Shown one piece after another: positions 11,344-20,466 of a DNA stretch of 32,525 nt. Below the pieces are notes generated by a model. It was not told the origin of the DNA and ran no database searches. It saw nothing but the letters and a program-made list of their open reading frames with translations. A program made the translations under genes and the position numbers. The stretch lies in the sequence record SRR31156797_506. The stretch is one strand, 5' to 3'. Position 1 is the stretch's first letter, and the number at the start of each line of letters is the position of its first letter.

Positions 11344-11410
11344 TTGATATAGGTCAAAAAACAACATAAAACCTTAAATGATTTAAGGTAATAAAATTGA
11401 TTCTAATCAA
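11344..11410. promoter_or_regulatory. Tandem FNR boxes upstream of grcA
   Basis: TTGAT-atag-GTCAA (11344-11357) and perfect TTGAT-tcta-ATCAA (11397-11410), 53 bp apart; TATAAT on the minus strand at 11319-11314. Confidence 0.85.
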
Positions 11411-11573
11411 TAAGTGACTAATAAATATAGTAATTCAATTAAATTTTAACTATTAAAATATTTTTTATGGTTATTTATTGTTTAAAGTGTAGTAATAAAA
11501 CTACATTTTTACGTGCTAGAGAAGGCTGTCCTCAGAAAATCAGCGAGTTAGTAAATAGAGATGAAAGTACAAA

Positions 11574-12449
11574 ATGACAAAAGAAATAAAGCCATTCGGA
11601 AGTAAATTTATTGGTGCTCACGTATCTGCTGCGGGCGGTGTTGATCAGGCACCGATAAGAGCTAAAGAAATCGGGGCAAATGCATTTGCTCTGTTTACTA
11701 AGAATCAAAGACAGTGGGTTGCAAAACCTCTGGAACCCAGTGTGGTGAGAAGCTTTAAAGACCAATGTGTTCGCCTAGGATTTTCAGCTGATCAGATACT
11801 GCCGCATGACTCTTACCTAATTAATTTAGGTGCGCCGGACCCTGAAAAACTTGAGAAGTCTCGTGCTGCTTTTATTGATGAAATGGAACGTTGCAACCAG
11901 TTGGGATTGAAGCTTCTTAACTTTCATCCAGGCAGTCACTTAAAATTGGTGTCAGAGAAGGAGTGCTTAGCCACAATCGCTGAGTCGATTAATTTGGCGC
12001 ATAAAGCTGTACCCGATGTAATTGCTGTGATTGAAAATACAGCGGGGCAGGGAGCCAACCTTGGCTGGCAGTTTGAACATTTGGCGGCAATTATTGATCT
12101 GGTTGAGGATAAGTCACGAGTCGGAATTTGCCTCGATACTTGCCACACCTTTGCCGCAGGTTACGATTTGAGTAGTTTTAAAGCTTGTGAAGAGACGTTT
12201 GCTCAGTTCGATAAGATAGTCGGTATGCACTATTTGAGGGCAATGCATATTAATGATTCAAAAGGGAAATTAGGTAGTCGCTTAGATCGACATCATTCTC
12301 TGGGTCAAGGAGAGATCGGCTGGGATTGTTTTGAATATATCGCCAAAGATAAACGATTTGATTCTATCCCTTTGATTTTAGAGACGATTGATCCGAATGT
12401 TTGGCAAGATGAAATAGAGGCACTCAGACTGCACCATTTGAGCGAGTAA
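11574..12449 (+). CDS. nfo: Endonuclease IV (AP endonuclease)
   Basis: [50 protein letters not shown] zinc-ligand motifs. Confidence 0.97.
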   Translation: MTKEIKPFGSKFIGAHVSAAGGVDQAPIRAKEIGANAFALFTKNQRQWVAKPLEPSVVRSFKDQCVRLGFSADQILPHDSYLINLGAPDPEKLEKSRAAFIDEMERCNQLGLKLLNFHPGSHLKLVSEKECLATIAESINLAHKAVPDVIAVIENTAGQGANLGWQFEHLAAIIDLVEDKSRVGICLDTCHTFAAGYDLSSFKACEETFAQFDKIVGMHYLRAMHINDSKGKLGSRLDRHHSLGQGEIGWDCFEYIAKDKRFDSIPLILETIDPNVWQDEIEALRLHHLSE

Positions 12450-12474
12450 TTTTTTTGGTTTAAGTTCACAAAAG

Positions 12475-12491
12475 TGGCATGTTTTATTCAT
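12475..12491 (+). promoter_or_regulatory. Possible sigma54 (-24/-12) promoter
   Basis: TGGCATGTTTTATTCAT: good -24 element; -12 has TC instead of the canonical GC at the GG-N10 position. Confidence 0.4.
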
Positions 12492-12531
12492 AACGTTTTC
12501 ATGAAAATGTTGTATAGAAGGATACCACACT

Positions 12532-12654
12532 ATGTTGTTAACCATTAGCTCCACTCCAATGACTGTTCGTCCAGCCGCTCGTATGCCTGTTCCAAATCGT
12601 CATGTGACGGGACGAGGGCATCACAGATCGCCTCAGCCAAGTAAGGCGCATTAG
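12532..12654 (+). CDS. Small 40-aa basic peptide MLLTISSTPMTVRPAARMPVPNRHVTGRGHHRSPQPSKAH (not in the ORF track)
   Basis: ATG 12532 to TAG 12654 read directly; AAGGA Shine-Dalgarno ~9 nt upstream. Confidence 0.6.
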   Translation: MLLTISSTPMTVRPAARMPVPNRHVTGRGHHRSPQPSKAH

Positions 12655-12819
12655 CTCACTACGTTTTATTGGCGCAGTTATCGTTGTAGCAAAGATGACA
12701 AATTTGGATCCTTGTCGACACAGCATTTTGTCGTTCAGGATCTCGCTTTGTTCATCTAGCTGCAACTTATCCGCACTGAGTATAGAATAACGTGATTGTT
12801 CAGATACTCAGGAGCTGTT

Positions 12820-13506
12820 ATGACTCAGTCTATGACTTGGGATGACATTATCAATGCGGAGAAGCAACAGAAGTACTTTCAGCAAACTCTCAGTTTTGTT
12901 GAACAGGAACGCACTGCTGGAAAAATTATTTACCCTCCTCAGCAAGACGTTTTCAATGCCTTTCAATATACGCCTTTTGGGCAAGTCAAAGTCGTCATTC
13001 TTGGCCAGGATCCGTATCACGGTCCCAATCAAGCTCATGGGTTGTGTTTTTCCGTACTTCCGGGAGTAAAAACACCGCCATCATTGGTTAATATCTATAA
13101 AGAACTTGCTCAAGACATTCCAAATTTTGACACGCCTAATCACGGCTATCTTAAAAGCTGGGCTGAACAAGGTGTCTTATTATTAAACACGGTTCTCACG
13201 GTAGAGCAAGGCAAAGCAAATTCACACGCGAAATCTGGGTGGGAGACTTTTACTAGTCACATTATTGATGCATTGAACCGAAATGGTGAGGATATCGTTT
13301 TCCTGTTGTGGGGCGCACATGCTCAGAAAAAGGGGAAAATGATAGACCGAGAAAGGCATCATGTACTCTCCGGCCCACACCCTTCTCCTTTATCGGCCCA
13401 TCGTGGCTTCTTTGGTTGTCAGCATTTTTCTATGACCAATGAGATACTCGTAGCAAGCGGAAGAGAGCCGATTGACTGGCAGCCTCAACTAGAAGAGCGC
13501 AAGTAA
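12820..13506 (+). CDS. ung: Uracil-DNA glycosylase (family 1)
   Basis: [36 protein letters not shown] 12820 with AGGAG RBS. Confidence 0.98.
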   Translation: MTQSMTWDDIINAEKQQKYFQQTLSFVEQERTAGKIIYPPQQDVFNAFQYTPFGQVKVVILGQDPYHGPNQAHGLCFSVLPGVKTPPSLVNIYKELAQDIPNFDTPNHGYLKSWAEQGVLLLNTVLTVEQGKANSHAKSGWETFTSHIIDALNRNGEDIVFLLWGAHAQKKGKMIDRERHHVLSGPHPSPLSAHRGFFGCQHFSMTNEILVASGREPIDWQPQLEERK

Positions 13507-13602
13507 ATTATTGTTCAATTGCTGTTTTTTCGACCAAAATCAAAACGTGTTAGCTTTTCCTTATATAGACTTAATGAAGCTAATGTGTAAGGGAGACGCA
13601 CA

Positions 13603-14154
13603 ATGATGATCGAAAGAATCAGACGTGAGCATGGGTACATGACTCGCCTGTTAGCAATTTTGCGCGGCAAGCTACAGCTACTCAAAGAAGAACAACCTAT
13701 AAATTATAGCTTAGTCAAAGAGATAGTAGATTATCTGTCTAGGCACTCTGAGACTATCCATCACCCTAAAGAAGACATACTTTACCGCCATTACATGCAG
13801 CAGTATGGAGAGCATGAAGAGGTCGCTGATTTAGAGAAAGAGCATGTAAAATTATCAGAGTCGACTCATGAATTCTTGGGGACGGTTGAAATGATCTTAA
13901 ATGATGCGGTGGTCCCTCAACATGTATTTATTGAACAGCTCGAAGACTTTGTTGATTCGCAACGTAAGCATTTAGAAATGGAAGAACAGTCTATATTGCC
14001 GATGATTAATCGGACGTTCAGTGTTTCCGATTGGCAACAAGTTGAGTCCCAATGGAACTGTAATGAAGATGATCCTGTGTTTGGATCTACGATTGCAGAT
14101 AGATATGCTCAGCTTGCTAAGCGTGTTCGTAAGAGTGAAGCTGAATACAACTAA
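13603..14154 (+). CDS. Hemerythrin/HHE cation-binding domain protein
   Basis: Motifs REH, HHPKED, EH, HLEMEE..ILP; GGGAG RBS. Confidence 0.88.
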   Translation: MMIERIRREHGYMTRLLAILRGKLQLLKEEQPINYSLVKEIVDYLSRHSETIHHPKEDILYRHYMQQYGEHEEVADLEKEHVKLSESTHEFLGTVEMILNDAVVPQHVFIEQLEDFVDSQRKHLEMEEQSILPMINRTFSVSDWQQVESQWNCNEDDPVFGSTIADRYAQLAKRVRKSEAEYN

Positions 14155-14171
14155 GATTATTGTGTTTGAAA

Positions 14172-14202
14172 TAAAAGAGGCACCAATTTGGTGCCTCTTT
14201 TA
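14172..14202. terminator. Bidirectional intrinsic terminator
   Basis: taaaagaggcacca-att-tggtgcctctttta between convergent genes. Confidence 0.9.
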
Positions 14203-14205
14203 CAT

Positions 14206-14391
14206 TTATAACTCGAGATCGTCCAGTTCCAGACAGACGTCCATCTCCATTAGTTCTCTTTGCAACCTCTTTTTATCACGTATTGCTTCTATTTCACGCC
14301 ACATCCTTTTGGCTGGTTTTGCTCGGCTAGAATTAGAACGAAGTTTAGCTAGCTGCGCGTTTAATAGTTCGTCAAATTGCAAGTCATCCAT
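14206..14391 (-). CDS. Small conserved protein, DUF3545-like
   Basis: KRMWREIEAIRDKKRLQREL recalled as the DUF3545 signature; ATG 14391 with AGAGG RBS. Confidence 0.8.
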   Translation of the reverse strand: MDDLQFDELLNAQLAKLRSNSSRAKPAKRMWREIEAIRDKKRLQRELMEMDVCLELDDLEL

Positions 14392-15037
14392 AAGCAAGCC
14401 TCTTTTGGGTTGTCTCCAATCCTGGAGTTTTCTCTAAGTATCATAATTTCACGAATCATAACTACGATTTATTTCTCATTTGTTTCGTTTGGATGAAGCT
14501 TTTGTGGGAGCTTTTGCATCATTTCACATTTTTTCTCCAACGATCGAATGAAAAATAACCATTTAAGTGAGAAATGTGTCTGTCCTTTTAAATTGATTTT
14601 GTTAATAAACTGTTGAGTTCACCTTCGTGGTTCTGCTTATTAACCATGAAATCTTGAGCAAAATTTATGCCATCAGTTTCTAAATGTAACAAAACTTTTT
14701 TTTACCCACGGTTTTAATTATTAACCCTCGTCTTTTTAACGAGATATGTTGAAACCATGTCGTTTTGATTTCTTGGTTACCAGAGGAAATCGGCTTTACT
14801 GTTTTTATGACTATTTGTTGCTAACTGGTTGTCTCTTTGTGTTTTAACTGTGAACTTTAGAGCGGCGTGAGATGAAATTTTCAGCAATAATATGAACTTA
14901 GGCTATTATTGCTTTTTGAATGGGCTAGCCGCATTATCCCGGCCTTTAAAACAGACGCGCTATAAAACTAATAACTATCGCGTAAGGAAATCAATACCTT
15001 GCTATAGGTTTCCAAATTAAAACTCATAGAGGTTTTT

Positions 15038-16480
15038 GTGACAGACTTAATTAACTTGATGAACGATCTACTTTGGGGATCGATACTGGTCTATTTGCTT
15101 GTTGGTGTTGGCATCTATTTCACTTACCGTTTGGGGTTCATTCAGATTCGCCACTTTGGTCATATGTTTAGTGTGCTGAAAAATAGCCGTAAATCAGATC
15201 AAGCGGGAATTTCTTCTTTTCAGGCTTTGTGTACTAGCCTAGCGGCTCGAGTGGGTACCGGTAATATGGCTGGTGTTGCGGTTGCATTAACAGTCGGTGG
15301 CCCGGGAGCGATTTTTTGGATGTGGATGACAGCAATGTTAGGTATGGCAACGTCATTTGCAGAAAGTACTCTGGCTCAGCTGTATAAAACACGGGATAAA
15401 GATGGAAATTATCGGGGTGGTCCAGCTTATTACATGGAAAAAGGCTTAGGCATGCGCTGGATGGGAATACTGTTTTCGGTATTTCTGATGATTGCCTTCG
15501 GCCTAGTGTTTAATGCCGTTCAAGCGAACTCAATTACCAATGCAATGCATAATGCTTTTGGCTTTGACCCTATGATGGTGGGGATTGGCATTGTTATTTT
15601 GTCATCGTTTGTCATTTTTGGCGGAATAAGAAAAATTGCTCGTACCGCAGAGCTGATTGTTCCTTTTATGGCATTAATGTATCTGGCGATTGCGCTTTTT
15701 GTGGTTGCGATGAACATTGGAAAGTTACCAGCAGTGCTAGAGCTTATCATTAAGAGTGCTTTTGGTCTCCAGCAGGCGGCGGCTGGTGGTTTGGGGTACG
15801 CCATTGCTCAGGCGATGATTAATGGCGTCAAACGTGGCCTGTTCTCAAATGAGGCGGGGATGGGTTCTGCTCCGAATGCAGCAGCTTCTGCGACGCCTTA
15901 TCCTCCGCATCCGGCTTCTCAAGGCTATGTGCAAATGTTAGGTGTATTTGTCGATACTATCGTTATCTGTTCAGCGACAATGGCCATCATTTTGATGTCA
16001 GGTGAGTACGTCCCACATGGTGAGATCACAGGTATTGAACTGACTCAGCGTGCATTAAGTTCGCAAGTTGGCGAATGGGGAGGAATATTTGTGGCATTAG
16101 CTATTTTCTTCTTCGCGTTTACCTCAATCATTGCCAACTATTCTTATGCCGAAACCAACCTGATTTTCTTGGAGCACAACAACAAGAAGGGGCTCGTTGT
16201 ATTCCGTTTGATCTTCCTTTCGATGGTGATGTTTGGCGCTCTGGCTACGTTGCCAACAGTTTGGGCGATGGCAGACGTTTCCATGGGGATGATGGCGATT
16301 GTTAACCTGATTGCAATTCTGTTGCTCTCTGGAACGGTGATAAAGCTTGCTAAAGATTACAACCGCCAGCTAGAGGCGGGTAAAGTACCTACGTTTAATG
16401 TGAATGATTACCCAGAACTCAAATCTCAATTGGAAGAGGGGATCTGGGATAATTCTGCGAATGATGAAACCATGCGCTAA
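15038..16480 (+). CDS. yaaJ: Sodium:alanine/glycine symporter (AGCS family, YaaJ-like)
   Basis: LAARVGTGN, GGPGAIFWMW, YRGGPAYY, RGLFSNEAGMGS; adjacent to yaaA; GTG start with GAGG. Confidence 0.9.
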   Translation: MTDLINLMNDLLWGSILVYLLVGVGIYFTYRLGFIQIRHFGHMFSVLKNSRKSDQAGISSFQALCTSLAARVGTGNMAGVAVALTVGGPGAIFWMWMTAMLGMATSFAESTLAQLYKTRDKDGNYRGGPAYYMEKGLGMRWMGILFSVFLMIAFGLVFNAVQANSITNAMHNAFGFDPMMVGIGIVILSSFVIFGGIRKIARTAELIVPFMALMYLAIALFVVAMNIGKLPAVLELIIKSAFGLQQAAAGGLGYAIAQAMINGVKRGLFSNEAGMGSAPNAAASATPYPPHPASQGYVQMLGVFVDTIVICSATMAIILMSGEYVPHGEITGIELTQRALSSQVGEWGGIFVALAIFFFAFTSIIANYSYAETNLIFLEHNNKKGLVVFRLIFLSMVMFGALATLPTVWAMADVSMGMMAIVNLIAILLLSGTVIKLAKDYNRQLEAGKVPTFNVNDYPELKSQLEEGIWDNSANDETMR

Positions 16481-16506
16481 TAGATAGCACCGATACCAGA
16501 GATTGG

Positions 16507-16538
16507 AAAAGCCATGCAGACACTGTATGGCTTTTTTT
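16507..16538 (+). terminator. Intrinsic terminator after the symporter gene
   Basis: aaaagccatgcag-aca-ctgtatggcttttttt. Confidence 0.85.
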
Positions 16539-16598
16539 GTAAGCTATGGGCAAAGGTAATAAAAAGCCAGCTCAACAGAATTTAGAAAAGGAAACCTT

Positions 16599-17372
16599 AT
16601 GCTTATAGTGGTCTCTCCAGCAAAAACATTAGATTATGAATCCCCGCTTCCGACCGAGCGACATACTCAGCCCGAATTAATTGATCACTCCGCAGAGTTA
16701 ATCAATGCTTGTCGAACACTCACTCCGTCTGATATCTCAGAGTTAATGAAAGTAAGCGATAAAATTGCAGGGTTAAACGCCGCACGATTTGAACAGTGGA
16801 GCGAGACGTTTACCACTGAAAACTCTCGCCAGGCAATTTTCGCTTTTAAAGGCGATGTATACACTGGCTTAGAGGCGGAAACATTATCTGAATCAGATTT
16901 AGAGTTCGCGCAAAATCATTTGCGTATGTTGTCAGGTCTGTATGGTTTACTGAAACCATTAGATTTGATGCAGCCTTATCGCTTGGAGATGGGTACTAAG
17001 CTAGCAAACGATCGTGGTGCAAATCTCTACCAATTCTGGGGCAATATCATCACCGATAAGCTTAACGAAGCGATTAATGCGCAAGGCGATGACGTTCTCA
17101 TTAATCTAGCTTCAAACGAATATTTTAAAGCAGTGAAGCCTAAAACCTTGGATGCCCAGGTTATTACTCCTGTGTTTAAAGATTGCAAGAATGGTCAGTA
17201 CAAGGTGATCAGTTTCTATGCGAAAAAAGCTCGCGGTATGATGGCTCGTTACATCATTGAAAATCGTATTGAGTCGGTAAAACAGCTCGAAAAGTTTGAT
17301 GTCGCTGGTTACTACTTCTGTGCTGCTGAATCGACCGCAACGGAACTGGTATTTAAGCGCGAAGAGCAATAA
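16599..17372 (+). CDS. yaaA: Peroxide stress protein YaaA (UPF0246)
   Basis: [55 protein letters not shown]. Confidence 0.96.
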   Translation: MLIVVSPAKTLDYESPLPTERHTQPELIDHSAELINACRTLTPSDISELMKVSDKIAGLNAARFEQWSETFTTENSRQAIFAFKGDVYTGLEAETLSESDLEFAQNHLRMLSGLYGLLKPLDLMQPYRLEMGTKLANDRGANLYQFWGNIITDKLNEAINAQGDDVLINLASNEYFKAVKPKTLDAQVITPVFKDCKNGQYKVISFYAKKARGMMARYIIENRIESVKQLEKFDVAGYYFCAAESTATELVFKREEQ

Positions 17373-17394
17373 ACCCAAAGAGCAATAAACCCAA
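17362..17394 (+). repeat. 16-bp tandem duplication spanning the yaaA stop codon
   Basis: aagagcaataaaccca x2 (17362-17377, 17378-17393). Confidence 0.95.
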
Positions 17395-17407
17395 TAGGGA
17401 GGTGGTT

Positions 17408-17563
17408 ATGTTCGCTTGGTTTAGAAAATGGTTAGCGCGTTATGACGCCTGGTGTCAAAGTATGGGCCTGACACCTGACCAGAAACGTTGTTGCGTACCA
17501 TACCGTAAAGATCCGGTTCATGAAAAAGAATCGGAACAAGACAAATCCACTCACAAGGTCTAA
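17408..17563 (+). CDS. Small 51-aa protein, DUF5363-like (not in the ORF track)
   Basis: MFAWFRKWLARYDAWCQSMGLTPDQKRCCVPYRKDPVHEKESEQDKSTHKV*; strong GGGAGGT RBS; stop 1 nt before the probable tatD start. Confidence 0.85.
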   Translation: MFAWFRKWLARYDAWCQSMGLTPDQKRCCVPYRKDPVHEKESEQDKSTHKV

Positions 17564-17564
17564 T

Positions 17565-18356
17565 TTGAGGCTGTTCGATACCCATTGTCATTTTGACTTT
17601 GATGAGTTTGCTCACTCATTTTCGGATGAGTTAGAGCAAGCTCAATCAGCCCATGTGAAAAGAATACTGATTCCTTCTATTGGTAAAATGAACTGGCTAC
17701 GTGTGAAATCACTTGCCGATCAATATCCTTCATACATTCTTTACGCCTTGGGATTCCACCCGTATTTCCTATCTTCTTTTGCTGAAACTCAACTATCCGA
17801 GTTGGAGTTACTGCTGTCACACGCTGATTCAGCTTGTGTCGCTATTGGGGAGTGTGGGTTGGATGGAATGATTGATGTAGATTCAGTTCTTCAAGAGCGT
17901 GTTTTTGAAGCACAGTTATTGTTAGCTGAACAAGCAAAGCTCCCTGTTATTTTACATAGCCGAAAAACACATAACCGTTTACTTCAGTTAATAAAACAGC
18001 ACCGTTTTAGCCAAGGCGGTGTTTTACATGCCTTCTCCGGCAGCGAACAACAGGCTAAACAGTTTATTGAGTTGGGCTTTAAGATTGGTGTCGGTGGCGT
18101 GATGACTTACCCCCGAGCGAATAAAACTCGTCAGGCGATAGCAGCCCTGCCGATAGAATCTTTGGTGTTAGAAACTGATGCGCCGGATATGCCGATATGC
18201 GGGCAACAAGGGCAAGCTAACCATCCTAAGTATCTGGCGAAAATTCTGGATGAATTGGCAGAACTCAGACGGGACGATAAAGTTGAGCTGGCCAAACAGC
18301 TGTGGAAAAACAGCCACTCTCTGTTCAGATTGGATGATACAAAAAGGGAGCGATAA
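17565..18356 (+). CDS. TatD-family metal-dependent DNase (YjjV-like)
   Basis: FDTHCH, IGECGLD, ILHSR, VLHAFSG, LETDAP; probable TTG start 17565 (ORF track extends to 17520). Confidence 0.93.
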   Translation: MRLFDTHCHFDFDEFAHSFSDELEQAQSAHVKRILIPSIGKMNWLRVKSLADQYPSYILYALGFHPYFLSSFAETQLSELELLLSHADSACVAIGECGLDGMIDVDSVLQERVFEAQLLLAEQAKLPVILHSRKTHNRLLQLIKQHRFSQGGVLHAFSGSEQQAKQFIELGFKIGVGGVMTYPRANKTRQAIAALPIESLVLETDAPDMPICGQQGQANHPKYLAKILDELAELRRDDKVELAKQLWKNSHSLFRLDDTKRER

Positions 18357-18368
18357 TTCGCTCCCTTT
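18341..18368 (-). terminator. Terminator of the ABC operon, overlapping the tatD 3' end
   Basis: aaagggagcga-taat-tcgctcccttt; the A5 at 18341-18345 gives a U-tract on the minus strand. Confidence 0.8.
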
Positions 18369-18382
18369 GCTCAAGACGAGGA

Positions 18383-19348
18383 TTACTCGCGCTCTTTAGT
18401 ATAAGGAACACCAATTGCTTTCGGAGCTACTGCTTTACCAATAAAGCCAGCCAGTAGGAACACGGTCAGCACATAAGGCAGAGCTTCGATAGCTTGAACT
18501 GGGATTGGGAAGTCACCAATACTCACGCCTTGAAGACGGATCGCCAGTGCATCAAGGAAGCCAAACAGTAGACATGCCCCCATCGCGGTATATGGACGCC
18601 ACTTACCGAAGATCAACGCAGCCAGTGCCATATAGCCTTTACCTGCGCTCATGTTCGGGATGAACTGTGCAGTTTGACCCACAGACAGATAAACCCCGCC
18701 TAAACCAACCAGTAAGCCACAGATGACCATTGCGCTGTAACGCATTCCAGCAACTGAAATACCCGCAGTATCTACTGCAGCTGGTGCATCACCGACCGCA
18801 CGCAGACGCAGACCAAAACGAGTTCTAAATAGAACATACCAAGATAAAGGTACCGCCGCTAAAGCCATATACTCAATGATTGAGTGGCCACTGATCAGCT
18901 CAGAGTAGAGTAAGCCAACCACAGGTACATCTTGCACAGCATCAGCGCCTGGTAGATGAATTGGTGCGAAGCGAGCATCGCCAGATAGTGCAGGCGTTTG
19001 ACCACCTTGATGGAACCAGTAGCGCCCTAGAGTAACGGTTAAACCCGTTGCTAGGATATTGATGGCCATACCACTGACGACTTGGTCACCTCGGTGAGTG
19101 ATCGAAGCAAAGCCGTGAAGTAGAGCAAGTAGAATCGATACCAGTACTCCGGCAAATACACCTAACCAAGCAGAGCCCGTGAGATAAGCGGTCGCAGCGC
19201 CTGAGAACGCCGCGGCGAGTAGCTTACCTTCTAACGCGATGTTTACGACACCTGAACGCTCACTAAACATACCCGCAAGAGCGGCCAGAATAAGCGGTGT
19301 TGCTACACGAATGGTGGCATCCGCCATTAAAATGATGGTTTCAAACAT
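18383..19348 (-). CDS. Nucleoside ABC transporter permease 2 (NupQ/YufQ-like)
   Basis: SERSGVVNIALEG, RTRFGLRLRAVGD, GYMALAALIFGKWRP, APKAIGVPY. Confidence 0.92.
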   Translation of the reverse strand: MFETIILMADATIRVATPLILAALAGMFSERSGVVNIALEGKLLAAAFSGAATAYLTGSAWLGVFAGVLVSILLALLHGFASITHRGDQVVSGMAINILATGLTVTLGRYWFHQGGQTPALSGDARFAPIHLPGADAVQDVPVVGLLYSELISGHSIIEYMALAAVPLSWYVLFRTRFGLRLRAVGDAPAAVDTAGISVAGMRYSAMVICGLLVGLGGVYLSVGQTAQFIPNMSAGKGYMALAALIFGKWRPYTAMGACLLFGFLDALAIRLQGVSIGDFPIPVQAIEALPYVLTVFLLAGFIGKAVAPKAIGVPYTKERE

Positions 19349-19350
19349 GA

Positions 19351-20466
19351 TTAAGCAACTCCATGTTCTTGTTTAGCGCCGAAAAAGCGTAGGTAAGTAC
19401 GTTCAATAGATGGTTTGAACATGTATTCAAGTGCGCCAGAGAATAGAATCACCAGACCTTGCAGTACTACAACAATGTTACGGTCGACACCATATTCAAA
19501 GCTTAGCTCTGCACCTCCTTGATATAGGAAGCCAAACAGTAAACTTGCTAGTAGAACACCTACCGGGTGGTTACGGCCCATGAGGGCAACGGCGATACCT
19601 GTGAAACCAAAACCTTCGACAAAGTTCAGTTTGATCTGGTGTAGCTCACCTTGCAGCACATTGATGCCAAAGAAACCCGCCAGCATACCGGATAGCAGCA
19701 TAGTGATAACGATGGTTTTTAGGTAGTTGATACCCGCGTAAGAAGAGGCTGATGGATTTGCACCGATAGAGCGAATTTCATAACCCCAACGCGAATGCCA
19801 AATAAACAGCCACACAAACACACAGCACAATAACGCAAAGATGAAGCTGATATTAAGCGGGCTTGAAGCCATTTCGATACCAAACAACGCAAAAAACTCA
19901 TGCATTTTTGGTAGCCAGCTACTTACCGCAAAAACTCGGCTTTCGGTCGCCATTGTTGTTTCTGGCTTTAGGATATCCACCAATAGGTAAGCCATCAGTG
20001 ATGACGCGATAAAGTTAAACATGATGGTGGTAATAACAATATGCGAACCACGTTTAGCTTGTAAATAAGCGGGAATAAATGCCCAAGCCGCACCAAAAGC
20101 ACCGCCTGCGATAACCGCTACAGGAAATACAACATACCAAGGTGCATATTCCCCCAGAGTTAGACAGATAATACCAACCCCAAGTCCACCAATGTATGCT
20201 TGACCTTCGACCCCGATGTTAAACAGACCTGCATGGTAAGCAACCGCAACCGCGAGACCAGTGAAGATAAAGCCCGTAGTGTAGTAAAGCGTGTAACCAA
20301 AACCTTCAGCGTAGCCAAAAGCACCAGTCCACATAACTTTAATCGCATCCAACGGGTTAATGTCGATGTAAATAAATAGTAATGCTGAAACAAGAAACGC
20401 GACCAGCACGTTGATTGCAGGTAACAATCCAATCGTTACCCAAGCAGGTACTTTTGCCTGACTCAT
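19351..20466 (-). CDS. Nucleoside ABC transporter permease 1 (NupP/YufP-like)
   Basis: AGLFNIGVEGQ, VITTIMFNFIA, GYEIRSIGANP, GFTGIAVALMGRNHP. Confidence 0.92.
   Translation of the reverse strand: MSQAKVPAWVTIGLLPAINVLVAFLVSALLFIYIDINPLDAIKVMWTGAFGYAEGFGYTLYYTTGFIFTGLAVAVAYHAGLFNIGVEGQAYIGGLGVGIICLTLGEYAPWYVVFPVAVIAGGAFGAAWAFIPAYLQAKRGSHIVITTIMFNFIASSLMAYLLVDILKPETTMATESRVFAVSSWLPKMHEFFALFGIEMASSPLNISFIFALLCCVFVWLFIWHSRWGYEIRSIGANPSASSYAGINYLKTIVITMLLSGMLAGFFGINVLQGELHQIKLNFVEGFGFTGIAVALMGRNHPVGVLLASLLFGFLYQGGAELSFEYGVDRNIVVVLQGLVILFSGALEYMFKPSIERTYLRFFGAKQEHGVA

Noticed and set aside
12538-12765. 75-aa minus-strand ORF antisense to the 40-aa peptide (type I toxin-antitoxin idea)
   Set aside because: TTG start, no convincing RBS; neither peptide has the hydrophobic helix typical of type I toxins
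14021-14437. 138-aa plus-strand ORF
   Set aside because: Overlaps the hemerythrin gene out of frame, crosses a terminator and is antisense to the DUF3545-like gene; shadow ORF
14392-15037. Glycine riboswitch upstream of the Na+/alanine symporter
   Set aside because: The tandem aptamer hallmarks (GGAGA...CCGAAG...UCAGG) are not visible
17421-17615. 64-aa minus-strand ORF, and the N-terminal extension of tatD to 17520
   Set aside because: Both overlap the 51-aa plus-strand ORF, which has a strong RBS; TatD homology starts at LRLFDTHCH
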